From: an uncultured Prevotellaceae bacterium | Lineage (GTDB): Bacteria > Bacteroidota > Bacteroidia > Bacteroidales > Bacteroidaceae | Direction of reading: 5' to 3' | Assembly: GCA_900314335.1 (NCBI GenBank) | Contig: OMUV01000083.1 | Location: forward strand, 1 to 44,568 | Length of the DNA stretch: 44,568 nt | Shown: positions 9,136 through 16,292 of the stretch, piece by piece | How positions within the stretch are numbered: the first letter of the stretch is position 1 | Layout of the letters: each line of letters opens with the position of its first letter | The notes under the pieces: generated by a model | Told to the model about the DNA's origin: nothing | The model's database searches: none | What the model saw: only the letters and a program-made list of their open reading frames with translations | Program-made: the position numbers and the translations under genes

Positions 9136-11961
9136 TTAGAATTTCAGTTTGAGCTCCGCGCCGAAGTAGGGATCGGGGTAGAGCTGCTGCATGAACATCG
9201 TGTTGTGATTGGTGTGATATTTCTTGACGCCTAGGAAGTTGTTGGCCATAAAGGATACCTCGGCTATGTTGCCCAGCTCCTTGGTCAGGCGGAAGTTGAA
9301 CAGCACCCAGGGCGAGATGTGGTCGCTCTTGAAGCTGTAGAGGAAGTAGCGGTCGTTCATGAGCATATACTTGCCCGTGCTCTCGTAGCTGGCCTGCCAT
9401 TCGTTCCAGTTGCCCTGGCGGTCGTAGAAGCCCAGCGGCGAGACGATATACTCCGAGCCGTCGGCGGAGAGGTGATAGAGCTTGTGGCCCTTGTTGTCCT
9501 CGTAGATGGAGCGTGTGTTCTCGTACCATACCACCTGCATCGTGGTCGTAAAGACGAGTTTTACGGCGGGGATGTGCGTGATAAACCGGAAGTTCGAGTT
9601 GACCCTGTCGCTCACTGTGCCGCCGCCGGCGGGCATCATGGGGATGTAGTCGTATTGGTAGCTGATGTAGCTCAGGTTGTCCACGTCGGTCTTGCGGCGT
9701 ATGTGAAACCACGCGCCGTCCACCACCAGAGATGTGCTGAGGGGCTTGAATGTGCCGAAGTCGAGCGAGTACTCGATGCCGTGCTTGTCCGTGCGCGATG
9801 TGTTGCCCGGCTGCGCCCAGAGCTGCATCTCGTTGCCGGGCGTCGTGGAGGCCGCCACGGTGGCGCCGTCGAGGGTGTAGCTCACGCCCTTGCCCTCGGT
9901 GTACATCAGCTGGCTCGCGCCGGCCGGTATCTGGTAGCGATTGTAGGAGAGCAGGATGAAATGGGAGTTGAAGCCGAACTCGTCGCGGTGGCGCTCCATG
10001 AAGAAGTTGACATAGCCCTTAAACTGCCGGATGCGCGCGTTGAGACCCACCTCCCACTTCAGGCTGCGGGCGGGCTTGAGGTCGGGATTGAACGTCTTGT
10101 CCACCACCTGGGTTGTCATGGCCGCCACGCGCGAACCGTCGCTGGCTATGGCGCTGACGCTCACATTGTCGAAGTAGGCCTTGTCGGGATAGAGGTAGAG
10201 CAGGGTGGGCATCTTGTTCGAGATGCCGAAGCCGCCGCTGATGCTCAGTTTGTCGAAGACGCTGTTGTTCTTCCTGGTGAGGAATGTGTATTCGGCGTTC
10301 ACCCTCGGCTCGGCCACGAAAATGTTGCTCTTGCCCGATTTGTCCTTGTCGAGGAACAGGTTGCTGAGCCTCACGCCGGCATCGTACTGGAGCACCGTGG
10401 CGCCGAAATCAAACGTCGAGACGTCGCTGAGGAAGGCCGAGAGATTGTGCAGCGCGGGAATGTCCTTGAAGGCGCGGGGTCTGTAGCTCTGCGCCTCGCC
10501 GGCCTTGGGCGGGCGCGAGAGGTCGAACGTCAGGCCGTCGCCGCGGTTGTCGTCCATGCGATACTCCAGGCCGCCCTTCACGTTGGTGAAGCTCTTGCCG
10601 CGGAGGCGGATGTATTTGTTGGCCTTCAGCTGCGCATACACATTTATGGGTATGCCCTCCATGCGATAGTCGCTGTAGTACGACTTGTCGGCTATGAGCG
10701 CCGCATGCTCGCCCGTGGTCATGGCGTTGGAGATGACGCCGTCGGGGCTCGCGATGAGGTCGTGATGGGTGTCGAGCTGCCGGGAGGCCTGAGCCGAGAT
10801 GTCATAGTCCAGGCCCGTGAGCCACGAGTCTATCTGCGCGTGACCGTGCACGGCGAGGCGCCCGCCGATGTTCTTGTTCTTGTAGGTCAGGTCGAGCTCA
10901 GACATCTGCGGGTCGTGCTTATAGTTGTTGATATTGCTGTAGAATGAGCCGTTGACATTGAACGTGACCGGTTTGCCGCCGAACATATTAAAGAGCGTCG
11001 AATAGCCCACCGTGCCGGTGACGCGGTCGTAGCCGCGGTAGTGGCGCCTCGTGTCGGCCCACGACTGCGACCAGTCGAATCCCACATTCATCGTTCCCTT
11101 GCCCAGGCCGAAGCCTTTGCCCACGTAGGCCAGTTTGGAGAACGGGTCGGCCTTGAGCTTGGCCTCCAGCGGGCTCTTGCCCGACTTGGTCTTGACCACC
11201 ACGACGCCGGAGGTCAGGTTGCCGTACTCCACCGACGGTATGCCCCTGATCACCTCTACGCTCTCGATGTTGTCGGCCGAGATGGTGCGCAGGTCCGTGC
11301 CGCGTCCGGCGGTGGTCTGGTCGCTCATGCCGTCGGCGCTGGTGCTCGAGGCTTTGCCGGTGCGCGTGGGGGCGATGGCCTGCAGGTTGGCGTCGTTGCT
11401 TATAGGGGTGCCGTCGAGCACGATGGCCGTGCCGAGGGCGTTATTGTCATTACCGTCGATCTCGCGGATGTTGGCCTGTGCCAGATTGTTGAGCGTAGGA
11501 TTGACCGTCAGGGCTCCGGGCATGAGCTGCAGCATGTCCGCCAGGCTCTTGGGCTGGATGTGGCGCACGGCGTCCTGATCGATGATCGACTTGGAGCCCA
11601 TGGCCTGCTGGCGCGCCGTCACGGTGACAGTGCTGAGGCTCAGGTCGAGGTGGGTGAGGCGTATGTTCAGGCGGTCGCGCCCGTCGCCCTTGACAGTGAC
11701 CTTGCCGCGCGCCTCCTTGTAGCCGAGGCACGAGGCGTAGTAGTCCAGTTCGCCCGTCGGCACGCCCGTGATCTTGAAGTTGCCCTTCTCGTCGCTCAGT
11801 GTGTAGAGCGAGCCGTTGAGCACCACGTTGGCCACCTCTACGGGATGACCTTTGTCGTCGGTCACTGTGCCGCTCAGCGTGACGCCGCCCTTAATCTGGG
11901 CCAGCGCTGCGGTGGCGCACATGATGAGAAGGAGAGTTGCCAGCATTCTCCTGCATCCCAT
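9136..11961 (-). CDS. TonB-dependent outer-membrane receptor with a CarboxypepD_reg-like N-domain
   Basis: It has a signal peptide (MGCRRMLATLLLIMCATAALAQ), a carboxypeptidase-regulatory-like domain (GTVTDDKGHPVEVANVVL...GNFKITGVPTG), a plug domain (IESVEVIRGIPSVEYGNLTSGVVVV), a long barrel and a terminal ...AELKLKF. The ORF-track start at 12057 was rejected because the -7 box at 12065-12072 leaves no room for it, and the signal peptide begins at 11961. Confidence 0.9.
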   Translation of the reverse strand: MGCRRMLATLLLIMCATAALAQIKGGVTLSGTVTDDKGHPVEVANVVLNGSLYTLSDEKGNFKITGVPTGELDYYASCLGYKEARGKVTVKGDGRDRLNIRLTHLDLSLSTVTVTARQQAMGSKSIIDQDAVRHIQPKSLADMLQLMPGALTVNPTLNNLAQANIREIDGNDNNALGTAIVLDGTPISNDANLQAIAPTRTGKASSTSADGMSDQTTAGRGTDLRTISADNIESVEVIRGIPSVEYGNLTSGVVVVKTKSGKSPLEAKLKADPFSKLAYVGKGFGLGKGTMNVGFDWSQSWADTRRHYRGYDRVTGTVGYSTLFNMFGGKPVTFNVNGSFYSNINNYKHDPQMSELDLTYKNKNIGGRLAVHGHAQIDSWLTGLDYDISAQASRQLDTHHDLIASPDGVISNAMTTGEHAALIADKSYYSDYRMEGIPINVYAQLKANKYIRLRGKSFTNVKGGLEYRMDDNRGDGLTFDLSRPPKAGEAQSYRPRAFKDIPALHNLSAFLSDVSTFDFGATVLQYDAGVRLSNLFLDKDKSGKSNIFVAEPRVNAEYTFLTRKNNSVFDKLSISGGFGISNKMPTLLYLYPDKAYFDNVSVSAIASDGSRVAAMTTQVVDKTFNPDLKPARSLKWEVGLNARIRQFKGYVNFFMERHRDEFGFNSHFILLSYNRYQIPAGASQLMYTEGKGVSYTLDGATVAASTTPGNEMQLWAQPGNTSRTDKHGIEYSLDFGTFKPLSTSLVVDGAWFHIRRKTDVDNLSYISYQYDYIPMMPAGGGTVSDRVNSNFRFITHIPAVKLVFTTTMQVVWYENTRSIYEDNKGHKLYHLSADGSEYIVSPLGFYDRQGNWNEWQASYESTGKYMLMNDRYFLYSFKSDHISPWVLFNFRLTKELGNIAEVSFMANNFLGVKKYHTNHNTMFMQQLYPDPYFGAELKLKF

Positions 11962-12064
11962 TATGGCGGGAATTATGGTCCTGATGTTGCTAAATCCGTG
12001 TGATGGAGTTATGTAGTTCTTGCTTCCTTCTGTAGATGTTGCTGCCATAACATTCATTTTGATG

Positions 12065-12072
12065 CAAAATTA
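12065..12072 (-). promoter_or_regulatory. Bacteroidota -7 promoter box (TAatTTTG) for the TBDR operon
   Basis: The minus strand reads TAATTTTG, matching the TAnnTTTG consensus, about 100 nt upstream of the 11961 start. Confidence 0.5.
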
Positions 12073-12093
12073 ATGATTCCGCACCGAATAGCC

Positions 12094-12160
12094 ATCACAA
12101 TTAATAGGTAAATGCCCCGAAACAGCAAAAAATGGTGTTTTTGCAGTCTTTAATTGTGAT
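12094..12160. repeat. 11-bp perfect inverted repeat (atcacaattaa / ttaattgtgat) flanking 45 bp
   Basis: Arms at 12094-12104 and 12150-12160, read directly from the sequence. It lies just upstream of the TBDR promoter box. Confidence 0.7.
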
Positions 12161-12321
12161 TAATGCGTGTTTTTGAAGATAAAATAAGCCTTTTTCCTGC
12201 AATAGTCTTTTCTGAGGCCCGCTGAGCCGGACAGAATGATGTGGAGAAGTGGGTAGGGAGTGGTGATGAGCCGCGTGAGGACGGCTGAGAGGGGAATAAG
12301 GCAACGCCCGCCGCGCCTGAA

Positions 12322-12433
12322 CGAGAGGCGCAGCGGCTATATGACAGGCCGGCCGGGCGTGCGCGAGAGGCGCAGCGGCTTTATTACAGCCCGGCGGAGT
12401 GAGAGGAAGATGTGTAGCGGCTATATTACTGGC
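12322..12433 (+). repeat. three imperfect tandem repeats, 42-bp period (cgagaggcgcagcggctWtatKacaggc)
   Basis: Units start at about 12322, 12364 and 12406. The periodicity also shows as 14-aa repeats (ERRSGYMTG.../ERRSGFITA.../KMCSGYITG...) in the spurious ORF 12260..12520. Confidence 0.75.
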
Positions 12434-12468
12434 TATTGCTGTCCGGTATATTTTTTGAGAATGGAAAT

Positions 12469-12512
12469 ACAATTCAGGCTGAAGTACCCGCCCGGACTCC
12501 AGCCTGAATTGT
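12469..12512 (-). terminator. hairpin terminator downstream of the GH3 gene
   Basis: A perfect 13-bp stem (acaattcaggctg / cagcctgaattgt) with an 18-nt loop, 49 nt after the GH3 stop. The trailing U-tract is weak. Confidence 0.55.
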
Positions 12513-12560
12513 TACGATAGTCTGTTCCTAAGAACTATCTAAACTATTTCTTTCGCGGCG

Positions 12561-15404
12561 CTATTTGCCGGGGTTGGCCTCGGAGATGACGGCGCGGCCG
12601 GCCGTTATCAGCACGCGCAGGTCGCTGGCCTGCTGGGCTTTGAAGCCATAGGAGTGCATCTCGTTGTCCGCATTCACGCCTCCCTTACAGACGGTGAGAA
12701 ACTGTCCGCCGCCATTGCTCAGCTGCACCTCAAAGGCGGCGTCGGTCGACTTTTCCTTGAAGGCGATGCTTACCCTATTGAGCGTGGTGTTCTCCCCGAT
12801 GCGGAAGTTCAGATTGTCCCCCTTCTCGCCCGTCCATCCCGTGGAGCGGTTGCCGTCCGTTACCGCGGGCACGGCGGCGCCATTGTCGTCGGTGGCCTGA
12901 AGGGCGGAGGCTTTGCGAGCCGCGGGCTTCTCACCCGGGACGAGCACCGCGAACACGTCGTTGAGGCGGATATCTACCGAGGAACTGCCGATCATCACCT
13001 TGAATTCCCCGGGCTCTACCACACGTTTGTACTCCTGATTGACCAGCTCCAGGTCGCGCGGACGAAGAGTGAAGCTCACCTCCTTGCTCTCGCCCGGCTC
13101 GAGGTGGACGCGCTCGAAGCCGCGGAGATTCTTCTCGTAGGTGGTCACGGAGCTCACCATGTCGCGCGTGTAGAGCTGCACGATCTCGTCGCCCGCGCGG
13201 CTGCCGCTGTTGCTGACCTTGCAGGTGACCGTGAGGCTGTCGCCGGCGTGGATGTAAGGGCTCGAGAGGCGGATGTCCGAGTATTCGAAGGTGGTGTAGC
13301 TCAGCCCGTAGCCGAAGGAATAGAGTGCGCCGTTGACACGCGTCATGTTGCCCTTCATGCCGGGCGTGTGGCCGCCGTCGACCTGCGAGTAGGGCTTGGC
13401 GGGGAAGTTGAACGGTATCTGGCCCACCGACTTGGGGAATGTAACGGTCAGTTTGCCGCTCGGGTTGCAGTCACCGCTGAGCACCTCGGCCACGGCCGTG
13501 CCGCCGTGAGGGCCGGGATACCAGGCTTCGACGATGGCGGGGACAAAGCGGTCGGCCCAGTTGATGGACAGCGGGCGGCCGTTGATGAGCACGAGCACTA
13601 CGGGTTTGCCGGTGGCGCTGACGGCCTTCAGCAGGTCCAGCTGCCGCCCGGGCAGGTCGAGGCTGGAGCGCGACTTGTTCTCGCCGCAGGTGCGCTGTCC
13701 CCCGCCGAGCACCACCACGGCCACGTCGCTCTTACTCGCCTCGCTGACGGCTGCGTCGATGTCGCGCTGCTCGGTCTCGGAGAGCGGATAGTCGATGATC
13801 TCCGACTCGGGCCAGTGCTCGTCCACCAGGTCACAGCCCTTGGCATAATGCACGTCGACGCCGTGCTCCGCAGCCTTGGCCCGGATGCCTTCCAGTACGG
13901 TCGTCACGTCTACGGCCAGCGGCCCGTAATGTGTGAGCGCGTAGTCCCTGGCATCGGCGTTGGGGCCGAGAACTGCGATGCTGTGTATCTTCCTCAGGTC
14001 GAGCGGCAGGAGGTGGTTCTGATTCTTGAGCAGCACGATGCTCTCGCGCGAGGCGCGCAGCGACACCTCGTTATTCTCGCGGCTGTTGACCTCGACGTCG
14101 GCCTGCCTCAGGTCCGTGCGGTAGGGATGGTCAAACTGCCCGTCGATAAACTTGACGCGCAGCACATCCCGCACCCTCTCGTTGAGCGTGGCGGTGCTGA
14201 TCCTGCCCTCCCTGACCAGTTCCCTCAGCGGCAGGACGTACGAGTCGGGCGAGCGGAAGGTGCAGCGCACATTGAGCCCGGCCTCCACGCTCTGACGGAT
14301 GGCGTCCCTCATGTCGGGGGCGGTGGAGTGCTTGGTGAGAAGATATTCCACCGCCTCGCTGTCGGACACTACATAGCCGCGGAAGCCGAAGTCCTTGCGC
14401 AGGCGGTCCCACAGCCAGTAGTGGCTGCCCTCGATGGGCACGCCGTCGTAATCGTTGTAGGCGCACATCACACCCAGCAGCCCCGCCTCCGGTATCACAC
14501 GGCGGTAGGGATAGACGTGGATGTTCTCCACCTCGCGCCGCGACATCTGCGGGTCGTCGCGGGCCATGCCCTCGCGCGCGCCCTTGTTGTTGCTGTAGGC
14601 CAGAAAGTGCTTGGCCGTGGCGGCCACCTGATGATTGTGCTGTATGCCGCGCACCATCTGCACGCCGAGCTCGGCCACGAGATAGGGGCTCTCGCCGTAG
14701 ATCTCCTCATAGCGGCCCCAGCGCTGGTCGCGCCCCACATCGAGCACGGGCGCATAGACATTGGTGTAGCCCAGCAGGTGAGCCTCGCGGCCGGTGATGA
14801 GCCCCACGTGATATATCAGGTCTCTGTCCCAGGTGTGCCCCAGTCCGAGCTGCGTGGGAAAGTCGGTGGCCTTGTAGCTCTCCACGCCGCGGATGCCCTC
14901 GTTGGTGAAGTCGACCGGTATGCCGAGCCTCGTGTCCTCCACGAAGAACCGCTGCACCTCATTGAGCGCCCAGGCGTGGCGCGAAGCCGGCCACACGTAC
15001 GGGTTGTTCGACGGCGGCAGGCCCCACTGCCGGAAGCCGTTCAGGTGCTCGTCGATGGCGCCCATGCCGTCCTTCCAGATCTTGTTTTTCCACTCCGGCG
15101 TGGGCAGGGCGTCGCTCAGGATGCGCCCGTAGCCGTAGAGGGTGACCAGCTGGCAGGTTTTCTCCTCCACGGTCATCTGCGAGAGCAGATCCTCGATGCG
15201 GTCGTTGATGGGCGCGGAAGGGTCTTCGTAGACATCCTTGCGCCCGTTCTTGTTGAAGTCTGTCCAGCCTTTGTGGTAGATCTGATTCTTGGGAGGCGTG
15301 TAGCGCACAAGCGCTTTGCCGGTGGGCACAGAGTCCTGCGCAAAGGCGGTCACGGCGAGGGCCGAAGCTGCGAGCAGGCCCATGAGATATTTTGAGAATG
15401 ACAT
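12561..15404 (-). CDS. glycoside hydrolase family 3 beta-glycosidase (BglX-like) with a C-terminal discoidin/CBM32-like domain
   Basis: 947-aa ORF with a signal peptide. GH3 blocks are present: KHFLAYSN, GVMCAYNDYDG and GYVVSDSEAV (nucleophile Asp context). A GH3 C-domain and Fn3-like region follow, then TDGNRSTGWTGEKGDNLNFRIG... Confidence 0.9.
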   Translation of the reverse strand: MSFSKYLMGLLAASALAVTAFAQDSVPTGKALVRYTPPKNQIYHKGWTDFNKNGRKDVYEDPSAPINDRIEDLLSQMTVEEKTCQLVTLYGYGRILSDALPTPEWKNKIWKDGMGAIDEHLNGFRQWGLPPSNNPYVWPASRHAWALNEVQRFFVEDTRLGIPVDFTNEGIRGVESYKATDFPTQLGLGHTWDRDLIYHVGLITGREAHLLGYTNVYAPVLDVGRDQRWGRYEEIYGESPYLVAELGVQMVRGIQHNHQVAATAKHFLAYSNNKGAREGMARDDPQMSRREVENIHVYPYRRVIPEAGLLGVMCAYNDYDGVPIEGSHYWLWDRLRKDFGFRGYVVSDSEAVEYLLTKHSTAPDMRDAIRQSVEAGLNVRCTFRSPDSYVLPLRELVREGRISTATLNERVRDVLRVKFIDGQFDHPYRTDLRQADVEVNSRENNEVSLRASRESIVLLKNQNHLLPLDLRKIHSIAVLGPNADARDYALTHYGPLAVDVTTVLEGIRAKAAEHGVDVHYAKGCDLVDEHWPESEIIDYPLSETEQRDIDAAVSEASKSDVAVVVLGGGQRTCGENKSRSSLDLPGRQLDLLKAVSATGKPVVLVLINGRPLSINWADRFVPAIVEAWYPGPHGGTAVAEVLSGDCNPSGKLTVTFPKSVGQIPFNFPAKPYSQVDGGHTPGMKGNMTRVNGALYSFGYGLSYTTFEYSDIRLSSPYIHAGDSLTVTCKVSNSGSRAGDEIVQLYTRDMVSSVTTYEKNLRGFERVHLEPGESKEVSFTLRPRDLELVNQEYKRVVEPGEFKVMIGSSSVDIRLNDVFAVLVPGEKPAARKASALQATDDNGAAVPAVTDGNRSTGWTGEKGDNLNFRIGENTTLNRVSIAFKEKSTDAAFEVQLSNGGGQFLTVCKGGVNADNEMHSYGFKAQQASDLRVLITAGRAVISEANPGK

Positions 15405-15510
15405 CCTGCGGTGTTATTTGGGTGTGGTTATTTAAGATAAATCGCGGCAGCATCGGAGCTCCCGGCGCATCGGATCAGCGCGTCCGGAAATGCTGCCCCA
15501 GAATTAATTA

Positions 15511-15530
15511 TTGCTCTCAGAGCAAAGTTA
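15511..15530 (-). promoter_or_regulatory. -7 box (TAacTTTG, 15523-15530) overlapped by a 15-bp perfect palindrome (ttgctctcagagcaa, 15511-15525), upstream of GH3
   Basis: Read directly from the sequence. It lies about 120 nt upstream of the GH3 ATG (15404). Confidence 0.45.
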
Positions 15531-15666
15531 CGATTAATATTCCGAACCGCCACTCCGGCCTCCGGCTAATCTGACTAAGGGGCGGGAATCGCGGGACTGA
15601 TTCTGAGAAAATCCGCCTCGGTACCGGGCGTTCTGGATAGCATTATACATGCCTGCGGAAGGGCTC

Positions 15667-16221
15667 AAAATCGCCTTTGTAAGTGTGTGAAAATCAGCGC
15701 TCCAGGAAGGCCAAAATTATGTTTGAGATAATTTAAAACGTCTCAAATGTAGTTTTCCTCATCTCAAATGTAATTTTGTGGTTTTGCGGAAGTTTTTTTG
15801 AGAAGTGGGAAATGCTTCTCAAAAAATGCGGACGAAGCGAACGTGTTTCGCATGGCGAATATAAATAGGCGGAGCAGATGAGTGAGGACTTCAAAAATAT
15901 GGATCTTAATCTATAATGCGCGAAGCTGGCTGGGAGGGCCGCCGCCTCAGCGGCCGCCAGCCGCCGCGAAAGCAAATGCGAGGCGCACGCGCTATACTAA
16001 CTTTTCGCCGCCAGGCCGCTCATTAGATTTCCCAGGCTCGCTCCCAGCCGCTGCGGGTAGCGGCCCTCCCAGTTATTTCCCGCTCACAACACTCCTTTTC
16101 AACAATGTGATTTTCAGCCCCTGCGATAGGGGCAAATTCTACTGCGAGATAAAATATTTTAGCTACGAGTTAACGAGTCGTCTACTACGAGATAAATTTT
16201 TTTATCTGCGAGTAGAATTTC
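15667..16221 (+). repeat. full-length copy (E1) of the modular ORF-free intergenic repeat family
   Basis: It shares head, palindrome, hairpin, GC-stem and R1-tail modules with 33384-33900, 43995-44568, 23224-23665 (inverted) and 1-78. No ORF is conserved between copies. Confidence 0.85.
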
Positions 16222-16292
16222 TTCTTCTCCTGATTGGCTTTTCGCCGGGGCGGGAAGCTTTCCCCGGAAGCGCAGACAGCAGTGCCTGCGGG

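Noticed and set aside
11962-12057. N-terminal extensions offered by the ORF track: TBDR to 12057, GH30-like to 25611, GH78-like to 33210, ligA from 40603 and thioesterase from 25586.
   Set aside because: In each case a canonical signal peptide or conserved N-terminus begins at an internal Met, and a TAnnTTTG -7 box lies inside or directly at the extension. The shorter starts were adopted: 11961, 25344, 33123, 40690 and 25616.
12058-12085. Fur-box-like AT-rich sequence (aaaattaatgattcc) overlapping the TBDR promoter, which would fit an iron or heme uptake role.
   Set aside because: It is only a loose resemblance to nATwAT hexamers over about 12 nt. It overlaps the AT-rich -7 box itself, so the similarity may be trivial. 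It cannot be supported without a clade-specific Fur matrix.
12101-12520. ORFs 12101..12472 (-) and 12260..12520 (+) in the GH3-TBDR spacer.
   Set aside because: They overlap the tandem 42-bp repeats and the terminator hairpin, have skewed Pro/Arg/Ala composition, and lack promoter or RBS context.
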